A stretch of 64,000 nt of DNA from Arachnia sp. (GCA_035326505.1 DAOLFC010000001.1:5592-69591), one strand, 5' to 3'; shown: positions 54,992 to 64,000, counted from the stretch's first letter. Notes: a model not told the origin generated them from the letters alone. Numbers and translations: made by a program.

Positions 54992-55059
54992 GAAGCCCTC
55001 GCACATCTCAGCTGCTGATACGACATCGCCGGAGGTCTTGCGCACGGCGCCTTTCTGAG

Positions 55060-55078
55060 TAAGGTTTGGCTGGCCTTA
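55060..55078. promoter_or_regulatory. IdeR/DtxR-like iron box upstream of efeUOB
   Basis: TAAGGTTTGGCTGGCCTTA: 14/19 identical to TTAGGTTAGGCTAACCTAA, palindromic ends TAAGG/CCTTA; 39-57 nt upstream of the efeU ATG. Confidence 0.5.
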
Positions 55079-55116
55079 AGCAAGGCGACCGTTGCGCGTA
55101 AATCTCTCGGAGGGCG

Positions 55117-56037
55117 ATGTTTCTCGCATCATTTCTGATCGGGCTGCGGGAGGGTCTTGAGGGTGCCCTGATCGTCGGCATCCTCGTCGCCTTCGCCGTC
55201 AAGCGCGATCGCCGCGACGTTCTCCGCAAGATCTGGCTGGGGGTCGGGCTCGCGATCGGCGGCTCCGTGCTGCTGGCGGCCCTGTTCACCTTCGGCCGCT
55301 ATGGCCTGTCCTTCGAGGGGCAGGAGCTGATCGGCGGCTCGTTGTCGCTGCTCGCCGTGGGCATGGTCACCTGGATGGTCTTCTGGTCGCTCAAGGCCGG
55401 GAACAAGATGAAGAGCGAACTGGAATCCAGCGCCACCGACGCGCTCGCGCTCGGCAGCGGCTGGGGCATGTTCTGGCTGGCCTTCATCTCCGTCGGGCGA
55501 GAGGGCATCGAGACCTCCCTGCTGCTGTGGGGATGGGCCATGCAGCCCGCCGCCCTGTTCGGCGCCGTCACCGGCCTGATCGTCGCCGCCGGCTTGGGCT
55601 ATCTCATCTACCGGGGGATGATCCGGATCGACTTCGGCACCTTCTTCGCCTGGATGGGAGGCCTGCTGATCGTGGTCGCGGCGGGGATCCTCGCCTACGG
55701 GATCCACGACCTGCAGGAGGCCCGTTTCCTGCCGGGGCCCTTCTCCGGATCGCCGATCACCCCCCTCGACTTCCGCACCGGCGACGTGCTGGTCGGCTTC
55801 TTCACCGACCGCCCCTTCTGGGGCGCGGCCTACCCGTTCGGCTGGGCGTTCGACCTGCAGGACACCATCGATCCCGCCGGGGTGGTCGCGACCTTCCTCA
55901 AGGGCACCGTCGGCTTCACCCCCCTCATGACCTGGCTCGAGGTGACCGCCTGGTTCCTCTACCTGTGCCTCGTGATGCCGCTGTTCCTCAGCCGCGTCCG
56001 GCGCCACGCCAAGGCCGCCCTCGCCGCGTCCGCCTGA
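55117..56037 (+). CDS. efeU: FTR1/EfeU-family iron permease
   Basis: 306 aa; two REGxE motifs (GLREGLEG, GREGIET), 7 TM. Confidence 0.85.
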   Translation: MFLASFLIGLREGLEGALIVGILVAFAVKRDRRDVLRKIWLGVGLAIGGSVLLAALFTFGRYGLSFEGQELIGGSLSLLAVGMVTWMVFWSLKAGNKMKSELESSATDALALGSGWGMFWLAFISVGREGIETSLLLWGWAMQPAALFGAVTGLIVAAGLGYLIYRGMIRIDFGTFFAWMGGLLIVVAAGILAYGIHDLQEARFLPGPFSGSPITPLDFRTGDVLVGFFTDRPFWGAAYPFGWAFDLQDTIDPAGVVATFLKGTVGFTPLMTWLEVTAWFLYLCLVMPLFLSRVRRHAKAALAASA

Positions 56038-56074
56038 TCGTCCCCCTTTCCTCCGAGTACCCAAGGAAGACCAC

Positions 56075-57370
56075 ATGAACAACCGAGCCAAGGCCTGGTT
56101 CATGGCGCTGCCCGTCGGCGCGCTGCTGCTCACCGGCTGCGTCGAGAACGCGCCCGCCCCCGGATCGACGACCACGACCGGAGCCCCCGCGGGCAACGCC
56201 GCGGCCTCGTCGCTGACCGTCTCGTCCACCAACGACGCCTGCGTCGTGTCCGCCGCCGAGGCGCCCTCGGGCCCGGTGACCTTCACCATCACCAACGACG
56301 GGGACAAGACCACCGAGTTCTACCTGCTCGCCGCCGACGGGCTGCGCATCGTGGCGGAGAAGGAGAACATCGCCCCGGGTGCCAGCGCCGACCTCAGCGT
56401 CACGCTGCAGCCCGGCGACTACTTCACCGCCTGCAAGCCCGGAATGCGCGGCGCGAACGTCGGCGAGGCCGCGTTCACCGTCACCGGCGACCCCGTCGAG
56501 CTGTCCGGCGAGGACCAGGAGCTGTTCGCCCAGGTGGTGGCCGACTACATCAACTTCGTGAAGAACGAGGTGGCCGAGCTGGTGCCGCAGGTCGACGCCC
56601 TGGTGGCCGCCTACGTCGCCGGCGAGGACGACAAGGCCCGCGAGCTGTTCGCCACCACGCGTGTGCATTACGAGCGGATCGAGCCCATCGCCGAGGCCCT
56701 GGGCGTGCTGGACCCGCGCATCGACTACCGCGAGATCGATTACCTCGCCGAGGCGGATCTGCTCGCCGAGGACGACCCCACCTTCACCGAGTGGCTCGGC
56801 TTCCACCGCATCGAGAAGGACCTCTGGCCGCCGGCGGAGGGCGACGTGCAGCCCGACGGCGCGCCCGCGACCGAAGGCTGGGCTCCGTCGACGCCCGAGC
56901 AGCGCGCGGCGATCGGCGCGGCGCTGGTGGCCGACATCAACGCGCTCTATGAGGCCGTCCACGCGCCCGACTTCATCGAGACCAACGAGGTCACCATCGC
57001 CACCGTCTCCAACGGCGCGGCCGGCCTCCTGGAGGAGATCGCCGTCGGCAAGGTGACCGGCGAGGAGGACTGGTGGTCGCACACCGACCTCTACGACTTC
57101 CAGGCCAACCTGCAGGGCGCCCGCATCGCCTTCGACCTGGTCGCCCCGATCGCGGAGCGCAAGGGCGACGAGGGCTCGGCCCTGGTCGAGGAGATCAACG
57201 CGCAGTTCGACAAGCTGCAAGCCGAGTTGGACCAGTTCGGCAGCCTGGAGAGCGGCTTCGTCAGCTACGACACCGTCACCGCCGAGCAGCAGGCCGCGCT
57301 GACCGCGCAGATCGACGCCACGCGCGAGCCCCTCTCGCGGCTCACCAGCACGATCCTCGGCATCGGCTGA
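56075..57370 (+). CDS. efeO: EfeO iron-uptake lipoprotein (cupredoxin plus imelysin/M75 domains)
   Basis: 431 aa; lipobox LLLTGC; VTFTITNDGDKTTEFYL cupredoxin-like N-domain; HYERIEP in the C-domain. Confidence 0.85.
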   Translation: MNNRAKAWFMALPVGALLLTGCVENAPAPGSTTTTGAPAGNAAASSLTVSSTNDACVVSAAEAPSGPVTFTITNDGDKTTEFYLLAADGLRIVAEKENIAPGASADLSVTLQPGDYFTACKPGMRGANVGEAAFTVTGDPVELSGEDQELFAQVVADYINFVKNEVAELVPQVDALVAAYVAGEDDKARELFATTRVHYERIEPIAEALGVLDPRIDYREIDYLAEADLLAEDDPTFTEWLGFHRIEKDLWPPAEGDVQPDGAPATEGWAPSTPEQRAAIGAALVADINALYEAVHAPDFIETNEVTIATVSNGAAGLLEEIAVGKVTGEEDWWSHTDLYDFQANLQGARIAFDLVAPIAERKGDEGSALVEEINAQFDKLQAELDQFGSLESGFVSYDTVTAEQQAALTAQIDATREPLSRLTSTILGIG

Positions 57371-57399
57371 CCGCCCACGACGGATTGGACCTCCCCCGC

Positions 57400-58683
57400 A
57401 TGACCGAGTCTCAGAAAACCGGGCTGTCCCGGCGCGGCCTGTTCGCCTGGACGGGCGCGGCCGGCGTCGCGGGTCTTGCGGTCGGGGCCGGGGCGGGCGC
57501 CCTCGTGGCGCCCGCTCTGGCCGGCGGGGGAGCGCGCAACCCGCTCGAGGATCTCGAGTACCCGTTCTACGGAGACGTGCAGGCCGGCATCGTCACCCCG
57601 GCCCAGGACCAGATGCATTTCGCCGCGTTCGACGTCATGGAGGGCGAGTCGCGCGAGGACCTGATCGAGCTGCTCCAGGACTGGACCTACGCCGCCAGCC
57701 GCCTGGTGATGGGCCTGGACGTGGTGGCCAGCGGCGCCTTCGAGGGCGATCCGCTCGCCCCGCCGGGGGACTCGGGCGAGGCGGCCGACCATGGGCCCTT
57801 CGGGCTGACGATCACCTTCGGCTTCGGGCGCAGCCTCTTCGTCGCCGACGACGGCACCGACCGGTTCGGGCTGGCCGGGCAACTCCCCGAGGAGTTCCAG
57901 CCGCTGCCGAAGATGGTCAACGACTTCATCGAGCCGCGGATCTCCCACGGCGACCTGTGCGTCCAGGCCTGCGCCAACGACCCGCAGGTGGCGGTACACG
58001 CCATCCGCAATCTCACCCGCCTGGCGTTCGGGCGCGCCCGCTTGCGCTGGTCGCAGCTGGGTTTCGGGCGCACCTCCTCCACGTCCACCGAGCAGCAGAC
58101 CCCGCGCAACCTGTTCGGGCAGAAGGACGGCACCAACAACCTCAAGGCGGAGGAGCCGGACAAGCTCGCCGAGCACGTCTGGATCGACTCCGGGCCGAGC
58201 TGGAGCCACGGCGGCGCCTATCTGGTGGCGCGCAAGATCGCGATGACCATCGAGGTGTGGGACGGGGTCCGGCTCGAGGAACAGGACCGGGTGCTCGGCC
58301 GGGCGAAGGGCACCGGCGCCCCGCTGTCCGGCGGCGAGGAGTTCACCGCCCCCGATTTCGCCGCGACGGGCGACGACGGCGCGGCGCTCATCGACGAGCG
58401 CTCCCACGTCGCGCGCACCCACCCCGACAACAACGACGGCGTCCATATGCTGCGGCGCGGCTACAACTTCGTCGACGGCAACGACGAGCTGGGCCGGCTG
58501 GCGGCGGGGCTGTTCTTCATCGCCTACGTGAAGTCGCCGGAGCGTTTCGCGCGGGTACACAAGAACATGGCGCGCGACGACATGTTCGTCGAGTACCTCA
58601 AGACGAAGTCCACCGCCGTGTTCCTCGTCCCGCGGGGTATCGCCGAGGGCGGCTACGTCGGCCAGGCGCTCTTCCAGGGCTGA
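57400..58683 (+). CDS. efeB: EfeB DyP-type peroxidase (Tat-exported)
   Basis: 427 aa from ATG 57400; twin-arginine signal SRRGLFAW; DyP fold segments ...FGQKDGTNN...RRGYNF. Confidence 0.9.
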   Translation: MTESQKTGLSRRGLFAWTGAAGVAGLAVGAGAGALVAPALAGGGARNPLEDLEYPFYGDVQAGIVTPAQDQMHFAAFDVMEGESREDLIELLQDWTYAASRLVMGLDVVASGAFEGDPLAPPGDSGEAADHGPFGLTITFGFGRSLFVADDGTDRFGLAGQLPEEFQPLPKMVNDFIEPRISHGDLCVQACANDPQVAVHAIRNLTRLAFGRARLRWSQLGFGRTSSTSTEQQTPRNLFGQKDGTNNLKAEEPDKLAEHVWIDSGPSWSHGGAYLVARKIAMTIEVWDGVRLEEQDRVLGRAKGTGAPLSGGEEFTAPDFAATGDDGAALIDERSHVARTHPDNNDGVHMLRRGYNFVDGNDELGRLAAGLFFIAYVKSPERFARVHKNMARDDMFVEYLKTKSTAVFLVPRGIAEGGYVGQALFQG

Positions 58684-58763
58684 GCGCCTGCTCGGAGCGA
58701 CGGCCCGCGCCGTCGGACCGGCCTCCTGAAAGGGCGCGGGGGAGAGCCCGATAGGCTGGCGGC

Positions 58764-59837
58764 ATGAGTCAACGTGCGCTTCATCTTCGTGGCCGTGTCC
58801 TCCCGTCCGACGAGGTGGTCGATCTCTGGATCGCCGACGGGGTGATCCAGGCCGAGCGGATCGCCGGCGCGGAGACCGTGAGCACCGGGGGATTCATCGT
58901 TCCCGGCTTGGTCGACGCCCACTGCCACATCGGCCTCGGGCCGGGGGGCTCCGTCGACAAGGCGACGACGCGCGCTCAGGCGGAGGCCGACCTGGCGACG
59001 GGGGTCATGCTGGTGCGCGACGCGGGCTCGCCCACCGACACGCGCTGGATCGACGACGACCCCCTGCTGCCGAAGGTCCGGCGGGCCGGGCGGCACATCG
59101 CCCGACCGAAGCGCTACATCCGAGACCTGGCCGCCGAGGTGCAGCCGGAAGAGCTGGTCGCGGAGGTGCGCACGCAGGCGCGCGCCGGGGACGGCTGGGT
59201 CAAGCTGGTCGGCGACTGGATCGACCGCGAGAAGGGCGACCTCGCCCCGCTGTGGCCCGCGGTGGTGGCGGCGGAGGCCATCGCCGCCGCGCACGAGGAG
59301 GGCGCGCGGGTCACCGCGCACTGCTTCCAGGAGCAGTCCGTCGCCGACCTGGTCGCCGCAGGCATCGACTGCATCGAGCACGGCACCGGGCTCTCTCCGG
59401 AGGTCGTCGTGGAGATGGCCCGGCGGGGCACCGCCTTGGTCCCCACCATGGTCAACCTCGCGAACTTTCCGCTCTACGCCGCGCAGGGGGCGGCCAAGTT
59501 CCCCACCTACAGCGCCCACATGCTCGACCTGCACGCCCGGCGGTACGAGACCATCGGGATGGCCCGCGAGGCCGGGGTCCACGTGTACTCGGGCACCGAC
59601 GCCGGCACCGTCGTGGCGCACGGCCGCACCCCCGACGAGATCGTGGAGCTCGCGAAGGTGGGCGGCGCCGAGTTCGCGCTGGGTGCCGCGAGCTGGCGGG
59701 CCCGCCCCTGGCTGGGCGGCGAGAACCTGATCGTCGGCGCCAGCGCGGATCTCGTGGTCTACGACGAGAACCCGCTGACCGCCATCGAGGTTGTCCACAG
59801 CCCGGCCCTGCGCGTCTTGCGTGGACGGGTGTTGTGA
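58764..59837 (+). CDS. amidohydrolase-family metal-dependent hydrolase
   Basis: 357 aa; VPGLVDAHCHIGLG HxH motif, later H/D ligand segments. Confidence 0.8.
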   Translation: MSQRALHLRGRVLPSDEVVDLWIADGVIQAERIAGAETVSTGGFIVPGLVDAHCHIGLGPGGSVDKATTRAQAEADLATGVMLVRDAGSPTDTRWIDDDPLLPKVRRAGRHIARPKRYIRDLAAEVQPEELVAEVRTQARAGDGWVKLVGDWIDREKGDLAPLWPAVVAAEAIAAAHEEGARVTAHCFQEQSVADLVAAGIDCIEHGTGLSPEVVVEMARRGTALVPTMVNLANFPLYAAQGAAKFPTYSAHMLDLHARRYETIGMAREAGVHVYSGTDAGTVVAHGRTPDEIVELAKVGGAEFALGAASWRARPWLGGENLIVGASADLVVYDENPLTAIEVVHSPALRVLRGRVL

Positions 59838-59874
59838 GGCAGAGTCGAAAGCCCATACCCGGTAGGAGAGCCGC

Positions 59875-61134
59875 ATGACAAGCCCTGACGATCAGTCCGC
59901 CCCCGCCGCGCCGCCCCCCGGCCAGCCATCGCCGCAGCCGTCCTACGCAGGCCCGCAGCCGTCCTACGCGGGCCTGCGGCCCGCTCCCCTCCCTCCGCAG
60001 GGGATGGGCGTTCCGCCCGGCATGGTGGCGGAGCCGGTCGCGCGGCCCGGCGGCTTCAAGCGCGGCTTCGGCTTGGGCATGGGGCTGGCGCTCGGCCTGG
60101 GCGCCGTCGGCGTCGTGACGTCGATCATCATGGGGATCGTCACCGTCGTGAGCCTCGGCTCGATGGTGGCGACCACCGGCGGGTTCGCCACCACGGGCAC
60201 CCAGACCATCTGGGGCAGCCCGGGCGCGGCGAAGCAGGTGCGGGTCTTCTCCGTCTCCGGCACCATCCTGGCCGAGGGCAGCGACGGTCTCCTCTTGACC
60301 GGAGGCACCTACGGCTACGAGATCGCGAGCATGATGGACGGCCTTGAGGCCGACGACGCCGAGGCGGTGGTCCTGCTGGTCAACACCCCCGGCGGGAGCA
60401 TCGCCGGGTCGAAGGCCATCGCCGACGCGGTGACCCGCTATCAGGAGGAGACGGGCAAGCCGGTCTTCGTCCACGTCTCCTCCATGTCGGCCTCCGGGGG
60501 CGTCTACGCCACGGCCACGGCCAGCAAGATCTTCGCCGACTACGGCTCGCTGATCGGCAGCATCGGCGTCACCTCGGGGCTGTTCCTGCACTACGACGGC
60601 GTGACGGAGCTCACTGGGTCGCTGCTGGAGAGCGGGGTCGTCACCACGGGCGGGATCACGGCGGAGGTCCTCTCGCAGGGCCGCGGGAAAGACTTCAGCA
60701 ACCCCTGGCGCCCCATGACCGACGAGGAGCGCACGGTGTGGATGGGCGGCCTGAAGCGGGAGTACGACGCCTTCGTCGCGCACGTCGCGGACAACCGGGG
60801 CATCCCCGCGAGCACGATCGTCGACGATATGGGCGCCATGATCTTCGATCCCGAGACGGCCCAGGAGTTCGGGCTGGTCGACGAGGTGATGAGCCGTGCC
60901 GACTTCTTCTACCGGGTGGCCGACGAGATCGGGGTCGACCCGGAGGAGCTGCGCTTCGAGGCGACCGCCACGCCCAGCGCCTGGGAGGCCCTGCTGGGCG
61001 CGCAGCGGTCCTACGGCGTCTCGCCGCCGGTTCCCCAGGCGGAGGGCTTGGTGCCGGTCGTCAGCCAGAGCTTCTGCGCCTCCGCCGTCCCGCTGGCCTT
61101 CGAGGGAGACCTGACCGCCGTCTGCGGCCGATGA
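59875..61134 (+). CDS. sppA: S49-family (SppA-like) signal peptide peptidase
   Basis: 419 aa; Pro-rich N-terminus, TM, VNTPGGSIAGS and SSMSASGGVYATA. Confidence 0.75.
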   Translation: MTSPDDQSAPAAPPPGQPSPQPSYAGPQPSYAGLRPAPLPPQGMGVPPGMVAEPVARPGGFKRGFGLGMGLALGLGAVGVVTSIIMGIVTVVSLGSMVATTGGFATTGTQTIWGSPGAAKQVRVFSVSGTILAEGSDGLLLTGGTYGYEIASMMDGLEADDAEAVVLLVNTPGGSIAGSKAIADAVTRYQEETGKPVFVHVSSMSASGGVYATATASKIFADYGSLIGSIGVTSGLFLHYDGVTELTGSLLESGVVTTGGITAEVLSQGRGKDFSNPWRPMTDEERTVWMGGLKREYDAFVAHVADNRGIPASTIVDDMGAMIFDPETAQEFGLVDEVMSRADFFYRVADEIGVDPEELRFEATATPSAWEALLGAQRSYGVSPPVPQAEGLVPVVSQSFCASAVPLAFEGDLTAVCGR

Positions 61135-61146
61135 CGGCTGGGTCTC

Positions 61147-61491
61147 CTACCCCCAGCCCAGGTTGTGCAGTTGCTCCTCGTCGATGCCGTGGTAGTGGCC
61201 GAGCTCGTGGACCAGGGTGATCTCGATCTCGTCGCGCAGATCGTCCTCGTCCTCGCACATCCGGGAGAGCGGTCCCTTGAACAGCACCACCCGGTCCGGT
61301 AGTTCCCCATACCCGTAGATGTCGCGTTCGGTCAGCGCGGTGCCCTCGTACCAGCCCAGGGTGTCGGAGCCGTCCTCCGGCTCGTCCTCCACGACGAACA
61401 CCAGGTTGTCGAGGTTCTCCACCAGGACGTCGGGGAGGTCCTGCAGCGCGTCCTCGACCAACTCGTCGAAGCGCTCGTCGGTGATGTCCAT
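61147..61491 (-). CDS. small zincin-like metallopeptidase-family protein
   Basis: 114 aa from ATG 61491; acidic; HExxH (VHELGHYHG) near the C-terminus. Confidence 0.7.
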   Translation of the reverse strand: MDITDERFDELVEDALQDLPDVLVENLDNLVFVVEDEPEDGSDTLGWYEGTALTERDIYGYGELPDRVVLFKGPLSRMCEDEDDLRDEIEITLVHELGHYHGIDEEQLHNLGWG

Positions 61492-61688
61492 GGAAGAAGA
61501 GCCTACGGCGTGGCCGCGGCGATCGGCGGGTTTAGGTTCGTCCCGGACGATCTGGCACAATGGCCGATGCACCTCGTCCGTTGGCGCCCTCTAACACCGG
61601 CGGTGAGGACCCCTCAGGTGTGCGAACTCCGTGTCCCCACGCGGCGTGCGCCATCCACCCGGTTTACAACAACAGGAGTACCACAGCA

Positions 61689-62114
61689 GTGGCAACCAAG
61701 ATTCGTCTGAAGCGGATGGGCAAGATCCGCCAGCCGCACTACCGCATCGTCGTGATGGATTCGCGCCAGAAGCGCGACGGCCAGGCCATCGAAGAGATCG
61801 GCATCTACCACCCGAAGAACGATCCCTCGGTGATCCGCGTCGATTCCGAACGCGCGCAATACTGGCTGTCCGTGGGCGCCCAGCCCACCGAGGCCGTCGT
61901 CGCCATCTTCAAGCGCTCCGGCGATTGGCAGAAGTTCACCGGTGACACCACGCCCGCCGGTATCGATCCGCAGCCCGAGCGCCGCGACCGTGAGGCCGAG
62001 TTCGCCAAGGCCCTGGCCGAGGACTCCGGCGCCACCGCCCCCGCGATCTCCAAGGCCCGCAAGGCGAAGGAAGAGGCGGACACGTCCGCCGAGGCTCCTG
62101 CCGAAGAGGCGTGA
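61689..62114 (+). CDS. rpsP: 30S ribosomal protein S16
   Basis: 141 aa from GTG 61689 (AGGAG RBS); [22 protein letters not shown]; actinobacterial-type acidic/Ala-rich C-terminal extension. Confidence 0.95.
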   Translation: MATKIRLKRMGKIRQPHYRIVVMDSRQKRDGQAIEEIGIYHPKNDPSVIRVDSERAQYWLSVGAQPTEAVVAIFKRSGDWQKFTGDTTPAGIDPQPERRDREAEFAKALAEDSGATAPAISKARKAKEEADTSAEAPAEEA

Positions 62115-62365
62115 GCATGCTGGCCGAGGCGCTGGAGCACCTGGTCGCGGGCATCGTGAGTCACCCTGACGACGTCGTCGTCAAGGACAAGGGACTGCGT
62201 CGCGGTCGCCTCCTCGAGGTGCGGGTGCATCCCGAGGACATCGGCAAGGTGATCGGGCGCCAGGGTCGCACCGCGCAGTCGCTGCGCACCGTGGTCGGCG
62301 CGCTGGCCGGCCAGGAACAGGTCCGGGTCGACTTCGTCGACGTGGACCGCCCGCGTCGCCGCTGA
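62111..62365 (+). CDS. KH-domain RNA-binding protein
   Basis: 84 aa (GTG 62111 overlapping the rpsP stop, or ATG 62117); KH GxxG IGRQGRTA. Confidence 0.85.
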   Translation: MSMLAEALEHLVAGIVSHPDDVVVKDKGLRRGRLLEVRVHPEDIGKVIGRQGRTAQSLRTVVGALAGQEQVRVDFVDVDRPRRR

Positions 62366-62393
62366 GCGCCGCCGCGCACTTCGACAAGTCGGC

Positions 62394-62425
62394 GAATGCC
62401 CCGGGTGTATCCGCCCGGGGCATTC
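62394..62425 (+). terminator. hairpin inside the rpsP-KH-rimM-trmD cluster (internal attenuator/processing site)
   Basis: 12-bp perfect stem gaatgccccggg / cccggggcattc, 8-nt loop, 29 nt after the KH gene stop. Confidence 0.45.
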
Positions 62426-62475
62426 GTGCATGTCCGCCTGCACACACCACACAACCGCCAGGGAAGGAATCAGCA

Positions 62476-62994
62476 ATGAGCGATCTCACCGAGGTCGTGG
62501 TCGGCGTCGTCGGCCGTGCGCACGGCATTCGCGGGGACCTGTCGATCGACGTCAAGACCGACGAACCCGAGCGCCGCTTCGTCGCGGGCACGCGGCTCGC
62601 ACTGGCGGACGGCCGCCGTCTCACGGTGGCGGCGGTGCGGTGGCATCGGGGACGGCTGCTGGCCACCTTCCAGGGAGTGACGGACCGCACGGCGGCGGAG
62701 GCGCTCACCGGGCAGCGGCTCTTCTCCTCCGTGCCCGTCGACGAGCGTCCCAGCGACCCCGGGGAGTTCTTCGATCGCCAGCTGGTGGGGTTGCGCGTGC
62801 GCGACCACAGCGGGGGCGAGGTGGGCGTCGTCGCCGCGGTGGAGCACCCGCCGGCGCAGGACCTGCTGGTGATCGACGTCGCGGGGGAGCATCGCCTGGT
62901 GCCCTTCGTGGAGGCGCTGGTGCCGACGGTGAGCCTGGAGGAGGGCTACCTTCAGCTCGCCGACGTCGGCGGGCTGCTGGAGGACGTCGAATGA
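62476..62994 (+). CDS. rimM: 16S rRNA processing protein RimM
   Basis: 172 aa; GGAAGGA RBS; [16 protein letters not shown]..., PRC-barrel C-terminus. Confidence 0.9.
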   Translation: MSDLTEVVVGVVGRAHGIRGDLSIDVKTDEPERRFVAGTRLALADGRRLTVAAVRWHRGRLLATFQGVTDRTAAEALTGQRLFSSVPVDERPSDPGEFFDRQLVGLRVRDHSGGEVGVVAAVEHPPAQDLLVIDVAGEHRLVPFVEALVPTVSLEEGYLQLADVGGLLEDVE

Positions 62995-63719
62995 GGCTCG
63001 ACATCGTCACGATCTTCCCCGACTACTTCGCGCCGCTGCAGCTCAGTCTGGTGGGCAAGGCGATCTCCTCGGGGATCCTCGACGCCCACGTCCACGACCT
63101 GCGCGACTGGACCCACGATCGTCACCGCACCGTCGACGATTCGCCCTACGGCGGCGGCGCCGGGATGGTGATGAAGCCCGAGCCTTGGGGGGAGGCGCTC
63201 GACGCGCTGGAGGCGGCCGATCCGTCGCCCCTGACCGTCGTGGTGCCGACTCCCGCCGGCACCCCGTTCACGCAGCGCACCGCGCAAGAACTGGCGCGGC
63301 GGGAACGCCTCGTGTTCACCTGCGGGCGCTACGAGGGCATCGACCAGCGAGTGATCGAGCACGCCCACGACCGCTACGAGGTGTTCGAGGTCAGCCTCGG
63401 CGACTACGTGCTCAACGGGGGAGAGGTGGCGGCGCTCGCCGTGATCGAGGCCGTGGCGCGGCTGCTGCCCGGGGTGATCGGCAATCCGGCCTCGCTGGTC
63501 GAGGAGTCGCACTCCGACGGCCACCGGCAGCTGCTGGAGTATCCGAGCTACACCAAGCCCCCCGTCTGGCGGGACCGGGCGGTGCCGGAGATCCTGCTGA
63601 GCGGCAACCACGGGGCCATCGCGACGTGGCGCCGGGAGCAGTCCGAGCAGCGCACGAGGCAGCGTCGCCCCGACCTCCTGGCGGCCGATTCCGAGACCTT
63701 TTTGAATAGCCAAAAGTAA
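62991..63719 (+). CDS. trmD: tRNA (guanine37-N1)-methyltransferase TrmD
   Basis: 242 aa from ATG 62991, overlapping the rimM stop (ATGA); [48 protein letters not shown]. Confidence 0.95.
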   Translation: MRLDIVTIFPDYFAPLQLSLVGKAISSGILDAHVHDLRDWTHDRHRTVDDSPYGGGAGMVMKPEPWGEALDALEAADPSPLTVVVPTPAGTPFTQRTAQELARRERLVFTCGRYEGIDQRVIEHAHDRYEVFEVSLGDYVLNGGEVAALAVIEAVARLLPGVIGNPASLVEESHSDGHRQLLEYPSYTKPPVWRDRAVPEILLSGNHGAIATWRREQSEQRTRQRRPDLLAADSETFLNSQK

Positions 63720-63730
63720 CGAAAATGCCC

Positions 63731-63763
63731 TAGTCGCAGGCAGTTTGCAATATCCTGCGACTA
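63731..63763 (+). terminator. hairpin after trmD
   Basis: 10-bp perfect stem tagtcgcagg / cctgcgacta, 13-nt loop, in an AT-richer spacer. Confidence 0.4.
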
Positions 63764-63812
63764 ACTTGCCCCCGGTGCTGCCAAAGGGATAGCCGTTGGC
63801 TAGAGTGACGAT

Positions 63813-64000
63813 GTGGCAACAACACTCACTATTCATCAACGAGCGTTGCGATCAACGGTCATCAAGAAGGTCATCATGGCGGTGTCCGGCTTGATCATGA
63901 TCGCCTTCCTGCTCGTGCACATGTACGGCAACCTCAAGGTGTTCGTCGGTCCGGAGTCGTTCGATCACTACGCGCATTGGTTGAAGGGCCTCACCGAAGA
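63813..64000 (+). CDS. sdhC: succinate dehydrogenase cytochrome b subunit, N-terminal part (runs off the window)
   Basis: GTG 63813; MATTLTIHQRALRSTVIKKVIMAVSGLIMIAFLLVHMYGNLKVFVGPESFDHYAHWL resembles b558-type SdhC N-termini. Confidence 0.65.
   Translation, partial: MATTLTIHQRALRSTVIKKVIMAVSGLIMIAFLLVHMYGNLKVFVGPESFDHYAHWLKGLTE

Overview
High-GC (Actinomycetota-type) chromosomal segment, almost fully coding. I saw no rRNA, tRNA, CRISPR array, transposase or integrase. LEFT ~29 kb (1-29357) is a glycan-utilisation supercluster: two GH2 enzymes (one LacZ-type), a GH51 arabinofuranosidase, a DUF2264 protein, a GH27 alpha-galactosidase-like enzyme, a ThuA-like protein, an aldo/keto reductase, two complete sugar ABC importers (substrate-binding protein, SBP, plus two permeases each), two DUF624/YesL membrane proteins and four LacI-family regulators, two of which are close paralogues. 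A PLD/cardiolipin-synthase-like gene sits inside it. RIGHT ~35 kb is a housekeeping backbone: pcrA(uvrD1)-M23 peptidase-sucCD ... gtrA-smc ... ftsY-ffh ... rpsP-KH-rimM-trmD-sdhC. It is interrupted by accessory modules: a ParDE toxin-antitoxin (TA) pair after sucD; a small membrane protein, an asymmetric heterodimeric ABC exporter, a decayed P-loop gene and an XRE regulator between smc and ftsY; and chrA, an Fe3+-type ABC importer, a NarL-type two-component system, efeUOB, an amidohydrolase, an SppA-like peptidase and a small zincin between ffh and rpsP. Most noteworthy: (i) a visibly lower-GC three-gene insertion (4.4-7.3 kb) with a COG1373-type AAA ATPase carrying a nuclease-like tail next to an HTH-fused MntA/HepT (MNT/HEPN) pair, a candidate defence/addiction island; (ii) a 50-nt palindromic intergenic repeat family in 3 copies with a compensatory stem change, plus a second palindrome family piled up in front of ftsY; (iii) a triple tandem 16-bp repeat overlapping the DUF2264 promoter; (iv) a shared TGTAWCGWTA operator and promoter architecture in the sugar loci; (v) IdeR/DtxR-like iron boxes in front of efeUOB and the Fe ABC importer; (vi) a 25-bp-stem perfect hairpin where many actinobacteria carry amt-glnB-glnD. 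Many adjacent genes are coupled by ATGA/GTGA overlaps. All functional calls rest on motif recognition by eye. No database search was run.
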